Assembly: GCA_963665325.3 (NCBI GenBank)
Contig: OZ224045.1
Span: forward strand, 800,001 to 864,000
DNA length: 64,000 nt
DNA from: Alphaproteobacteria bacterium
GTDB taxonomy: Bacteria > Pseudomonadota > Alphaproteobacteria > Bin95
Direction: 5' to 3'
Numbering within the stretch: position 1 is the stretch's first letter; each line of letters starts with the position of its first letter. The position numbers were made by a program, and so were the translations under genes. The notes below the pieces were generated by a model. The model had not been told where the DNA came from. It saw only the letters and a list, made by a program, of their open reading frames with translations, and searched no databases. Shown one piece after another: positions 9,177 through 18,737 of this stretch.

Positions 9177-10403
9177 ATGGCCCACATCACGATGCTCATC
9201 CAGAAGCTCAAGGGCGGTGGGGCGGAACGGAGCATATTCAGAACCGCCGGCGGGCTGGTGGAACGGGGGCACGACGTGGATATCGTGCTCTTCTCGCCGA
9301 CTTTCGTTTACCCCGGGGAATTGCCCCGGACGGCGCGGTTGATCGTGCTGTGCGGCCGCTTCGGCTGGATACGGCGCACCCGAAGCGATGTCCCGCAAGA
9401 AACGCTCTGGCGGCCTTGGCTGGCCTCGCCTTTCCGCCTGGCGCGCTTCGCGGCCGGCCTGTTTCATGAATTCGGAGCCTCCGCCCGGGTCCTGATGCGT
9501 CCAGCTTCGCTGGGCCATGCGCTGCGCCTTGCCCGCTATTTCGAGCGCGAACGGCCGGACATCGTCTTCGCCAACCTGGCGTCGGCGGAATATGCGGCAT
9601 TCTTCGCCGCGCGCCTTGTGTCTTCTCCCCCGCCGATCATCCCGATCCTGCGCGGCGCCGATGATCCGGGCGCAAAATCGACCAGACGCCGCCGGTTGCT
9701 GTTCCCGATGGCCGCCCGTCTCGTGGCGGTGTCCCGCGGCGTGTCAGAGAACATCGCCGCCATTGTCGATGTGTCGACGGAAGTGGGAATCGTGACGATT
9801 TACAACCCGGCGTTTGCACCGGAGATTACGCGACACGCGGAGGCCGCGCCGGACCATCCGTGGTTTCGTGACGGCGAACCGCCCGTCGTGCTGGGCGTCG
9901 GGCGCCTCACGCCGCAAAAGGACTTCCCGACACTGATCGAGGCGTTCCGCCGCGTGGTCGTCAAACATCCCTGCCGGCTGCTTATCCTGGGCGAGGGTTT
10001 CGGTCGCGCGGAACTGGAAAGCCGGATCCGAGCGTTGGGTCTTGAGGACCGAGTGTCGCTGCCGGGATGGGCCGATAACCCTTGGGCTTTCATGGCCCGG
10101 GCCGCGCTATTCGTGGTGTCGTCACGGTACGAAGGCCTGAGCAATGTGCTGGTCGAAGCGTTGACCTGCGGCTGCCCCGCCGTCTCGACGGATTGTGCCG
10201 GTTCGTCGGAAATTCTGGAGGATCCCGATTTGCTCGCGCCGATGGGCGACCCGGAGAGGCTGGCGAAAGCGATGCTGCGGGCGCTCGCCCGCCCGGCTGA
10301 CAGGTCAACCTTGCGCGGCCGCGCCGCCCGGTTCTCCCTGGAAAGGACTGTGGACGGATACGACGAACTGATTGCCGCGGTTCTGGCCCAGGCGAAGTCG
10401 TAG
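9177..10403 (+). CDS. Glycosyltransferase family 4 (paralog of 5760-7043)
   Basis: GGGAERS, GVGRLTPQKDF, EGLSNVLVEALTCG. Confidence 0.9.
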   Translation: MAHITMLIQKLKGGGAERSIFRTAGGLVERGHDVDIVLFSPTFVYPGELPRTARLIVLCGRFGWIRRTRSDVPQETLWRPWLASPFRLARFAAGLFHEFGASARVLMRPASLGHALRLARYFERERPDIVFANLASAEYAAFFAARLVSSPPPIIPILRGADDPGAKSTRRRRLLFPMAARLVAVSRGVSENIAAIVDVSTEVGIVTIYNPAFAPEITRHAEAAPDHPWFRDGEPPVVLGVGRLTPQKDFPTLIEAFRRVVVKHPCRLLILGEGFGRAELESRIRALGLEDRVSLPGWADNPWAFMARAALFVVSSRYEGLSNVLVEALTCGCPAVSTDCAGSSEILEDPDLLAPMGDPERLAKAMLRALARPADRSTLRGRAARFSLERTVDGYDELIAAVLAQAKS

Positions 10404-10438
10404 ACGCCGGGCGCCGGTTCAGCGGCCTCTCCGCAATT

Positions 10439-11563
10439 TCAGAGCAGTTCCCGATAGACTGCAAGCGTCTTCGCACACATCAGGTCCTGCGTGAAATGAG
10501 CGAGGACATGCGTACGCGCCCTGGCTGCGAGAGTGGGGCCGGCTGCGAAGAGCGCCTTTCGGATGCCCTCGGCGAGCGCGGCCGGATCGCCCGGCGGGAC
10601 CAGCCATCCGGTTTCGGCATGACGGACAATTTCGCGCGCGGCGCCAAGATCGCTGGAGACGGCCGGCAGACCCATTGCGCCCGCCTCCGCCAGCACTCGC
10701 CCGAACGACTCCGGACGGATGGAAGCGGAGACCACAACATCGCTGGCTGCGTAGGCGGCCGCCATGTTGTCGGTATGATCCGCAAAGCGCGCCGGCAGTC
10801 CTTCGGCCAGCGACTCCAGTTCGCGCCGGTATGCCTCTCTGCTCCGGTCGGAACCGATGAACACCGCGACAAGGTTCATGTCCGCAAGCCCGCGCATCGC
10901 GTCGATCAACACCCCATGGCCCTTGAGGCGGGTCAGCCTGCCGGGCAGGAGCGCTACAAGCGCTCCTTCCGGGATTCCCCAGGCCGTGCGCAGCTTCACC
11001 TTTTCCTGGGCGCGTACGGCGGAAGGGTCGAATGCCGCCGCGTCTATGCCCTGATGCACCACCCGTACGCGATCGCGCGGGCAGCCGTAGAGCTCCTCCA
11101 CATGCTCCGCGATAAAGTCGGAGACGGCGATCACGCGGTCACCGGAAGCCATGACGCGGTTGTAGGCGCGTTTGGCGGCACTACCGGCGCCGTAGGCGCC
11201 GTGGACAGTCGTGACGAATGGCACCCTTGCGCGCCGCGCCGCCGCGCGGGCGCTCCACGCCGGCGCGCGCGAGTGGGCATGAACGAGGTCTACGCCTTCT
11301 CGAGCGATAAGGGTTCCAAGCCGGCCCGAATTTCGCCACAGCCCGATGGGATTCTTGGTGTCGACAGGCAGGCGGACATGGTCAGAACCGAGGCCCGCAG
11401 CCATCCGCCCGCCCGACGAAGCCACGAGCACCCGCACACCAGCGCCGCGCAAGGCAGCGGCAACGTCCAGCGTGCCAAGTTCGGCACCGCCCGCTTCGAG
11501 CGCCGGAAGCACCTGAAGCACGGTTTTGCCGTGCAATTCCGTTCCGGCCCGGGACGATTCCAT
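10439..11563 (-). CDS. Glycosyltransferase family 4 (LPS core type)
   Basis: LQVLPALEAGGAE, HAHSRAPAWS, PGRLTRLKGH, PESFGRVLAEA. Confidence 0.9.
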   Translation of the reverse strand: MESSRAGTELHGKTVLQVLPALEAGGAELGTLDVAAALRGAGVRVLVASSGGRMAAGLGSDHVRLPVDTKNPIGLWRNSGRLGTLIAREGVDLVHAHSRAPAWSARAAARRARVPFVTTVHGAYGAGSAAKRAYNRVMASGDRVIAVSDFIAEHVEELYGCPRDRVRVVHQGIDAAAFDPSAVRAQEKVKLRTAWGIPEGALVALLPGRLTRLKGHGVLIDAMRGLADMNLVAVFIGSDRSREAYRRELESLAEGLPARFADHTDNMAAAYAASDVVVSASIRPESFGRVLAEAGAMGLPAVSSDLGAAREIVRHAETGWLVPPGDPAALAEGIRKALFAAGPTLAARARTHVLAHFTQDLMCAKTLAVYRELL

Positions 11564-11674
11564 AGCAACTGTCACAATCGGAAATTTGGGCGGCCATGTA
11601 AAGGGCGGGCATTTCCAGCGATCCTCGACTGTCCTCTGGAGCGACGGACCACGCGTGCCATCGCTGAAAGCCGC

Positions 11675-12298
11675 TCAGGAAATGCCCTGCGACGCTTCCA
11701 CCACGCACGAAACCCGTCGGTCGAACTTGCGCAGTTGGCGGGCGATCAGCCGGTCCTTGACCAAAGGATGGAGCGACGCCAGCCACCGGTACCTGCGGTT
11801 TTCCCATCCCTCAATGATCATCAACTTCCAGTCGCCACCGTCCAAACGCACGGCCACGACGTTATAGGGAGCCGTGTCCATGGTTAACAGGCGTTCCTTC
11901 CGCAGCCACCGCTTCAACCCGTCGATCGCCCGGACCAGAGAAGGCGTCAGGCCGTGTTCCCGAATAACCTGGGAGAGATTGCGGGAAATGCGGCCGTCAT
12001 GGTCCCGGCACAGCCGCATGACGATGCCCCGGCCCAGATCGGTATCGACGACGCCCTCGATCGCCGGGATGCGGTCGAACACCGAGTCCGCCCCGCGCGC
12101 CCTCAGTCGCCGGTTGTCTTCAAGATCCCATCTTTGCTGGCGAAGACAGTCCGCATCGTCACGGACCGCCACCTTGACGCACAGATCCGGATCATCCGGG
12201 TGGACGTAGCAATGCCGCTTGGTGCCCCTCGCGAACGGTTCGCGCCCGGAGAGGGCAAGGGGGCGTTCGGGGGATGTCGGCGGTCCGGATATCTTCAA
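11675..12298 (-). CDS. YrbL-family (PhoP regulatory network) kinase-like protein
   Basis: FARGTKRHCYVHP...CVKV, GVVDTDLGRG, DTAPYNVV, LMIIEG. Confidence 0.75.
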   Translation of the reverse strand: MKISGPPTSPERPLALSGREPFARGTKRHCYVHPDDPDLCVKVAVRDDADCLRQQRWDLEDNRRLRARGADSVFDRIPAIEGVVDTDLGRGIVMRLCRDHDGRISRNLSQVIREHGLTPSLVRAIDGLKRWLRKERLLTMDTAPYNVVAVRLDGGDWKLMIIEGWENRRYRWLASLHPLVKDRLIARQLRKFDRRVSCVVEASQGIS

Positions 12299-12577
12299 TG
12301 CCTGATCTTCACTTAATGGACGTGCCTTCGGTCAATGCGCCGAAGCGGTCTATACGAAATTGTGGATATCTTGTAATCGATGCAGCCGGAGTGACCGAAG
12401 GTAATCGCTTTCAGCTTAGCGATCTGCTGCGCGGATCCTGTAAAGGAGGAAGTTATCGTTCCACGCGGCGCGTTCAGGTTTGCTGCGCATGGTCATTGCC
12501 CAACTCCCGCCCGGCGATGCTGAGGACGAGCCTGCGCATAGGGGCGAGGCGTGCTTTTCGTCCTTGATGTCGCTCCT

Positions 12578-13294
12578 TCAGGGTCGATAGGGCACTTCCA
12601 CTCTGCGAACCTGCCCTGTCATGCGCCGCAAGCAGATCCTGGCCTTCAAAACGGCTCGCACCGCGGGGCCGGTCGTGCGTGGGAAGAACTCTCCTTCATT
12701 GTCCGAGCCGAAATGATCGGCGTGGCGCGCTATTCCCGGGACGACATGGGACGGCTTCAGGCGGCGCGCGATGGGAGAACCGGGCATATGGAACAGCATT
12801 GAGTCTGCCGTCATGCCCACCGAGGACGCCATGTTGAGGATGATTTCAGCGCCTGCGCGGTTGAGCATATAGGCGTAAGCGCCTGCCGAGGCCCACGAGA
12901 TCGGGCGAATTGCGCTGCCGTACGGCGTCTCGCCGATTGGCCGACCGAGCAGCAGAGCCTTGCGGCGGCCGTTCAACTTTATCGCATTCGTTCCGGCAGG
13001 CCACCACTCGACCGATGCCAGCAGCCTGCGAACGTCGGGCGCAAGCTCGGCATCGTCTTCGAGGATGAGAGACGCCGGCGCATCGGTTCGCAGGAACTCG
13101 CTGATGGCAACAAGATGGCTTTCCCTGCAACCGGACTGCGGCAGGGACAAGCCGTCATGGATCGATCCTACGATGCTTCCGGCGTCGATACCCGGAATTC
13201 GCATTGCTTCGATGCGGAGACGGTCCAATTGGCCCATTATCGCCGTCCAGCGGTCGGGGCGCCGGTCGAGATTGATGACGAACACGGGCAGCAT
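12578..13294 (-). CDS. Glycosyltransferase family 25 (LPS/LOS biosynthesis)
   Basis: VFVINLDRRPDR, GCRESH, LILEDDA, GAYAYML. Confidence 0.9.
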   Translation of the reverse strand: MLPVFVINLDRRPDRWTAIMGQLDRLRIEAMRIPGIDAGSIVGSIHDGLSLPQSGCRESHLVAISEFLRTDAPASLILEDDAELAPDVRRLLASVEWWPAGTNAIKLNGRRKALLLGRPIGETPYGSAIRPISWASAGAYAYMLNRAGAEIILNMASSVGMTADSMLFHMPGSPIARRLKPSHVVPGIARHADHFGSDNEGEFFPRTTGPAVRAVLKARICLRRMTGQVRRVEVPYRP

Positions 13295-13532
13295 GGCGGA
13301 CCCCGCAAGGCCCGTCGCTGGTGCCGGGCCATTGCGACTGCCAGCGCGTAAGCATGGCTATCTGTTCGCCGGGCTCGGGTCGTGCTTCCTCGCCAGGTTC
13401 GGCTGTTCCATTCAGCGGGCACCACGACAGAGCGGGACGCGCCAGTAGTCGCACGAGCGAGAATCCGGCCATATGGGCGCGAGAGTCAAGCCGTAGTATG
13501 GCGCGGTGCGCTCCGTGAAAGGGTCGCACCAC

Positions 13533-13729
13533 ATGGCGAAGGACACTGACGACAAGCCGGTGGCGCGGCTGAAGCCGTCCAATTGCCAGCCGAGCGAGGC
13601 GGAACTCGAAGAGGATGTGCGGATCGACGCGACGCCCGGATCACTGCTCCGGACGTCATGGCGGTCGTTCGGGTAGAGACCCTCAAGCCCCGCTAAACGG
13701 GCTGTTCGTCACTCGCCCATATTATTCCC
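13533..13729 (+). mobile_element. Probable IS1595-family end remnant (small passenger ORF plus terminal IR-like sequence)
   Basis: 47-aa ORF 13533-13676 (MAKDTDDKPVARLKPSNCQPSEAELEEDVRIDATP...) followed by CATATTATTCCC (13718-13729). Both resemble IS1595-type ends as I recall them; no transposase is present. Confidence 0.35.
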
Positions 13730-14354
13730 GTTCGAAGCGACTTTGCCGCTTTCGGTCCGGGATTCGATTCCCGGTCAATTTCGAAACGCGCCGGTCGAAC
13801 TTGTGCAGCTGACGGGCGACCAGGCGATCCCTTGTGAAAGGGAAGAGCCACGCCAGCCACCGGTACGTCCGGTTCTCCCAGCCTTCGATGATCATCAACT
13901 GCCAGTCGCCGTCGCCCGAACGCACGGCCACGACATTATAGGGGGCCGTGTCCCTGGTCAGCAGGCGCTCTTCCCGCAGCCACCGCTTCAGCGCCTCGAC
14001 CGCCCGGATCAGGGACGGCGTCAGGCCGTGTTCCAGGATGACCTGGGCAAGATTGCGCGATATGCGGCGGTCGTGGTCGCGGCAGAGCCGCATGACTATG
14101 CCCTTGCCCAGATCGGTATCGACGACCCCCTCGATCGCCGGGATGCGGTCGAACACCGAGTCCGCCGCGTGCGCTCTCAGCCGCCTGTAGCCGTCGAGAT
14201 CTCGTCTCTGTTCGCGAAGGGCGCGCTGATCTTCGGGATTGGCCACCACCTTGACGCAAAGATCGGGATCGTCGGGATGGACGTAACAATGCCGCCTTTT
14301 GCCTTTGGCAAACGGTTCGCATCCGGCCAGCGCGAGCGAGCGCATCTCAAGCAT
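13722..14354 (-). CDS. YrbL-family kinase-like protein (paralog of 11675-12298)
   Basis: Shares long identical stretches with the first copy, e.g. ADSVFDRIPAIEGVVDTDLG, DTAPYNVVAVR, LMIIEGWENR. Confidence 0.75.
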   Translation of the reverse strand: MLEMRSLALAGCEPFAKGKRRHCYVHPDDPDLCVKVVANPEDQRALREQRRDLDGYRRLRAHAADSVFDRIPAIEGVVDTDLGKGIVMRLCRDHDRRISRNLAQVILEHGLTPSLIRAVEALKRWLREERLLTRDTAPYNVVAVRSGDGDWQLMIIEGWENRTYRWLAWLFPFTRDRLVARQLHKFDRRVSKLTGNRIPDRKRQSRFERE

Positions 14355-14399
14355 CGGCGGATTCGAACCCCATGGCACGGGGCTGCCTATCGGTGCGCG

Positions 14400-15410
14400 C
14401 GCAGCATGCGGCGCGCAATGACCGTGCGGTGGACCTCGCTCGGCCTTCAGAGACGCGCATGAGCCGCACTTTCCGCGCCATCAGCTGCAGCGGCAATTCC
14501 CTGGTGACACCCATTGCGCCGAACGCCTGCTGGGCATTGTCCACGATCTCCGTCGCCATCTCGGTGGCATACACCATTATATCGAGGCTTCGGTGCGCAC
14601 GTCCTCGTCCCGATCCTGTTTTACGGCCGCGTCCATCACCATCAGCGAGCAAACATGGACCTTGGTCGCCCCGTCGGCAATCCACCACTGGATCGCCTGC
14701 CGGTCGGCGAGGCGCTCGCCGAAGGTCACGCGCTGGCTCGCATGTTCGCAGAGCATCTTGAGCGCGCAGCGCGCCATGCCCACGCATCAGGCGCCCATCT
14801 GCAGCCGGCGCACGGTCAGCCGAAGCTGCATCGGGCCGAAGCCGTTGCCCACCTGGCCCAGAACCTGGCGCTCATGCTCGCGGCAGTTCTCGAACACGAC
14901 CTCATAGGTGCGCGCGCCGCCCAGCATGGGAATTTCGCGCTCCACGATGAAGCCGGGCGTGTTCTTTTCGACGATGAAGGCGGTGATGCCGCCGCGCGCG
15001 CTTCTCCGGGTCGGTCAGCGCCATGACGATGGTGAAATCGGCGTAAGGCACGCGGCTGATCCAGATCTTGCGCCCGTCGATGACCCAGTGGTCGCCGTCC
15101 TTGACCGCGCGGGTGGTCATGCCGGCCGGGTCGCCGCCGGCGTCCGGCTCGGAGATGGCAATGGCGGAATGCGTCTCGCCGCTTGCATAGGGTTCCATGT
15201 AGAGCCGCTTCTGGCGCTCGTCGGCGACCGCGAGCAGCATGTGGAAGTTGGGCGAGTCGGGCGGAAAGACGAAGGGCGTGATCGTGCGGCCGAGCTGCTC
15301 GTTGACACCGACCAGCGCCACGGCCGGCAGGTTCATGCCGCCGACCTCCTCCGGCGCGTCGAGCGCCCAGAGGCCGAGTTCCCGGCACTTGTCGGAGCTG
15401 GTCCAGTCAC
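14400..15410 (-). pseudogene. Acyl-CoA dehydrogenase pseudogene
   Basis: AIAISEPDAGGD, WVIDGRKIWIS, RVTFGERLADRQAIQW and AQQAFGAMG are spread over different frames, with a frameshift near 15000, in-frame stops near 14790 and 14578, and no N-terminus. Confidence 0.9.
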
Positions 15411-15560
15411 AGACAGACCGCTCGTCCCAGTTCAACACCCTCGCCCGGATCGCTCATCTCTTCCAGAGCTATCACATATCGACATCAGAGCGATGGATCG
15501 CGACTGCGGCTGCCATCAGGTGCGTGGAAAAATGAGAGTTTGGGACGACAGCTTCTCCAG

Positions 15561-16067
15561 CTAGAACAGTTCGGGCTGACGCGGCGGCCCGCCGCGCCCG
15601 TCTTTCGTCCCATCCCCTTTTTGCGTCTGCCGCCCCGGCGTCCGGGGTTCCTTCGGCTCGTCCGGCATGAAGGCGGCGGCGATCACCTCCGCGCGCGCCT
15701 CCCCGAACACGGTGCAGAGCCCGTCGAGGGCCTCCGCACGGCGGCCCTCCCGAACCATCGCCTGCAGCCGCTCCCGAAGCAGGTCCCGCGCGAGCGCGCC
15801 GAAACGGGCAGACGCTTCGTCTCGCGCGCCTTCGGCCAAGTCTCGCGCAACGCGGGAAATCCGGCGCTGTTGCTGTTCATCCAGGACCAGCGGCGGGGCT
15901 GCAATCCTTTCCGGCGCCGACAGGTCGACGGTCAGGACGCATTTGGCCCACCACCGCGATACCGTCTCGCCGGCCGCCTTCGCCCATCCGTTGATCGCTG
16001 CCCACTGCGCGTCCGTGTAGGAAACCGAGTGCCCCGTGCCCGGCTTCCGTTTTCTCGGTTTCTTCAT
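15561..16067 (-). CDS. Hypothetical protein with N-terminal ribbon-helix-helix-like segment
   Basis: HSVSYTDAQWAAINGWAKAAGETVSRW; ATGA overlap with the upstream ORF at 16064-16067. Confidence 0.6.
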   Translation of the reverse strand: MKKPRKRKPGTGHSVSYTDAQWAAINGWAKAAGETVSRWWAKCVLTVDLSAPERIAAPPLVLDEQQQRRISRVARDLAEGARDEASARFGALARDLLRERLQAMVREGRRAEALDGLCTVFGEARAEVIAAAFMPDEPKEPRTPGRQTQKGDGTKDGRGGPPRQPELF

Positions 16068-16396
16068 GAGCCCTTGCCGCCGTCCCACAGATGGACACAA
16101 CGGAGGACTTCGTGCTGCAGACCGGTCGCCTCCCGGCCGCCCGCAGCCGAAACCGTGAAATGCCCGAACAGGGCCAGGCGTTGCAGGTCCGCGTCGAGGC
16201 GTTGCTGTTCGTCGGTCGAGAGCGCAAGGGCATGCCCGGCCGGCTGCGGAACAGGAGCCGCCGCCTCCTGGGCCGCCCGCTCGCAGCAGAGCCACCCGAA
16301 CCGGGAGATCTTCATCTTGTGCTTCCTCGCCCGCTTGCCACCCGCCTCCCAGATCTCGGGCGGGAGGTAGAGGCTGCGAGGCCTAGCCCGGTCCAA
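16064..16396 (-). CDS. Hypothetical protein, ribbon-helix-helix-like
   Basis: TTG start after AAGGGAG; RSLYLPPEIWEAGGKRARKHKMKISRF. Confidence 0.55.
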   Translation of the reverse strand: MDRARPRSLYLPPEIWEAGGKRARKHKMKISRFGWLCCERAAQEAAAPVPQPAGHALALSTDEQQRLDADLQRLALFGHFTVSAAGGREATGLQHEVLRCVHLWDGGKGS

Positions 16397-16409
16397 CCTG
16401 CCGCTCCCT

Positions 16410-16772
16410 TCAGTCGAACGATGTCTGGCCGTCGAGCCACAGGTCCGCATCGGCGCCCAGCTTCCGCCATGTCCGCCCGCCATCGAGATCATCGAGGCGC
16501 AGCTTCTCCGCCTGCTCGAGAATGCGCAGCATGCGCATCATGCTGCGCAGCACCTGCGGCGGTATTCCCGTTGCCGTCGCATCGGTCGCCGTCTGCCAGA
16601 AACGGTGGGTGTGGACGAGATAATCCCCATGCCGCAGTCCTTCGGCTCCGGCGGCTTCGTGAATGCGCGCCCAGTCAGCATCGGTCACCAGCACGCTGCG
16701 CCGTTTCTTCGGTTGCTCCCCGGTCCCTGTCGCCACCGCCCTGCTCCCTGTCCGTCTCATCCCTTTGCCCAT
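16410..16772 (-). CDS. Hypothetical protein, ribbon-helix-helix/MobC-like
   Basis: KKRRSVLVTDADWARIHEAAGAEGLRHGDYL; exact start uncertain. Confidence 0.55.
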   Translation of the reverse strand: MGKGMRRTGSRAVATGTGEQPKKRRSVLVTDADWARIHEAAGAEGLRHGDYLVHTHRFWQTATDATATGIPPQVLRSMMRMLRILEQAEKLRLDDLDGGRTWRKLGADADLWLDGQTSFD

Positions 16773-17029
16773 GCCACATAAGAAAGCAAATATCATGTAT
16801 CAAAGGCAGAATTAACATACACCCGCCACTGTCACATGGGCAAGCTGGCATGATAACCGTATAATCGCCACATAATCAAACTGTATCTGTTCATACACCG
16901 CGACTACCTGATTCCACACCGTCCTGTCCTTTCACAGATGGCAGCCAGAACTAAATTACACACCTGTGTGTGACTTTTCGCTCTCAATGCTTTCTTCATT
17001 ATACGGCGATCCATCCTTCCGGGAACCAC

Positions 17030-17334
17030 TTGACATGACTCATAACATACTGTATTTCAAGCAAAGAAACAGGAAATTGCCTCAATCCATGTCAGCTCTG
17101 TGAGCATTAATCTCGCTATAGATTTCTGCTACACGCGATACGCGCGAAACAGGGACCCGCCTGAGGCCGACGGCGGCGCAGACGGAACGGTATCGAGAGG
17201 AAAGACCGTGCCGAAGACACAGCGGCCAACGAGCCGGGAAAAGGCCCCGGGCCTCCGCCCGAAACCATGGCGTCATGCCGGAACGGACTATCGGATATGA
17301 GCCAAGCGCATGCGGATCATGACAAATCATGACA
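17030..17334 (+). repeat. Dispersed composite non-coding element, partial copy C
   Basis: CGCGATACGCGCGAAACAGGGACCCGCC (17134-17161) is 28/28 identical to the reverse complement of 60358-60385; CATGACAAAT-CATGACA at 17318-17334; TTGACA at 17030. Confidence 0.75.
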
Positions 17335-17360
17335 CTCCGCAGGGTGTCCTCCCGCCCCGC

Positions 17361-18737
17361 TCACCGCCCGCCGGCGGGGCCGCTTCGTGCGGGGATGAGG
17401 CCGTGGGGGCGGAAGCGCATTACGAGGAGGAGGATGAGGCCCATGACCAGCGGGCGCACATGCGCGGCGCTGTCGAGCAGGTGTTCGCGGAGGGCGCTGT
17501 CGGCCGGCAGGCCCGAGGTCAGCGTCTGCATCAGCCAGAGGCCCGCCGGCTCAGCCTCGATCCAGACGAACCAGACGAGGAAGCCGCCCAGCACCGCGCC
17601 CAGATTGTTGCCGGAGCCGCCCACCACCACCATCACCCAGATGAGGAAGGTGAAGCGGAGCGGCTGGTAGCCCGCCGGCGTGAACTGGCCGTCGAGCGTG
17701 GTCAGCATGGCGCCCGCAATGCCGACGACGGCCGAGCCCAGGATGAAGACCTGGCGGTGGCGGCGCGTCACGTCCTTGCCCATGGCGCCGGCGGCGGTCT
17801 CATTGTCCCGGATCGCCCGCATCATCCGGCCCCAGGGCGAGTGCAGCGCGCGCTCCGAGAGCCAGAACACGACCGCCAGCACAGCGAGGAAGAGGCCCGC
17901 ATAGCAGAGCTTCACGAAGAGGCTCGAGGACTGGACCGCGAACTCCCGGAGCGCCTCGCCATGCGCCTCGCCCGTCAGCGCCTCCAGGCTCCGGCTGTGC
18001 AGCACGGCCACCATGTCGAGGAACGCCGGGTCCTGCTGCAGGTCCACCTCGTATGGCACCGGGCGGCCGAGGCCGGTCACGTTCTTCACCCCGCGCGTCA
18101 GCCAGTCCTCGTTCTTGAGCACGGCGATGACGATCTCGGAAATGCCGAGCGTGGCGATGGCGAAATAGTCCGAGCGCAGGCCGAGCGCGATCCGCCCGAT
18201 GACGAAGGCCGCGGCCGCGGCGAACAGCCCACCCACGAACCAGGAGAGGATAATCGGCAGGCCGAGGCCGCCGAGATAGCCGGTCTTGGCGGGCTCCACC
18301 GCCTCGATGGCATCGACGGCGGGATCGAAGAACGCCCGCGCGCCGAGAAGGCCGGCGAGCGCGACGACCGCCAGCGCCGCCGTGCGGGCGCGGCTGCGGG
18401 GCATGTAGCGGGCGAGCGCCAGTGCAAACCCGCCTGCCGCCATCAGGATGACGAGCGCGATGAACAGGCCCCCGCCGCCTGCGGCCCAGGCGGCCGGCAC
18501 GGGCGGCCGCGAGACGAGCACGCCCGCAAGGCCGCCGAGCGCGGCAAAGCCCATGATGCCGATATTGAAGAGGCCCGCATAACCCCACTGGATGTTGACC
18601 GCGAGCGACATGAGGGCGGAGATCAGGCAGAGGTTCGCGACCGCCAGCGCGAGCGACCAGGACTGGCCGAAGCCCATGGCCGCCAGCGCCGTGCCCACGG
18701 CGGCCAGCGCGATCGCGTTCCGCACCGCTGGCCTCAC
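17361..18737 (-). CDS. livM: Branched-chain amino acid ABC transporter permease
   Basis: NIQWGYAGLFNIG, LRSDYFAIATLG, SPWGRMMRAIRDNE, GGSGNNLGAVLG; GTGA overlap with livH. Confidence 0.9.
   Translation of the reverse strand: MRPAVRNAIALAAVGTALAAMGFGQSWSLALAVANLCLISALMSLAVNIQWGYAGLFNIGIMGFAALGGLAGVLVSRPPVPAAWAAGGGGLFIALVILMAAGGFALALARYMPRSRARTAALAVVALAGLLGARAFFDPAVDAIEAVEPAKTGYLGGLGLPIILSWFVGGLFAAAAAFVIGRIALGLRSDYFAIATLGISEIVIAVLKNEDWLTRGVKNVTGLGRPVPYEVDLQQDPAFLDMVAVLHSRSLEALTGEAHGEALREFAVQSSSLFVKLCYAGLFLAVLAVVFWLSERALHSPWGRMMRAIRDNETAAGAMGKDVTRRHRQVFILGSAVVGIAGAMLTTLDGQFTPAGYQPLRFTFLIWVMVVVGGSGNNLGAVLGGFLVWFVWIEAEPAGLWLMQTLTSGLPADSALREHLLDSAAHVRPLVMGLILLLVMRFRPHGLIPARSGPAGGR

Noticed and set aside
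14355-14385. tRNA-like GGGGTTCGAATCC on the minus strand
   Set aside because: Only a T-loop-like word; no acceptor, D or anticodon arms.
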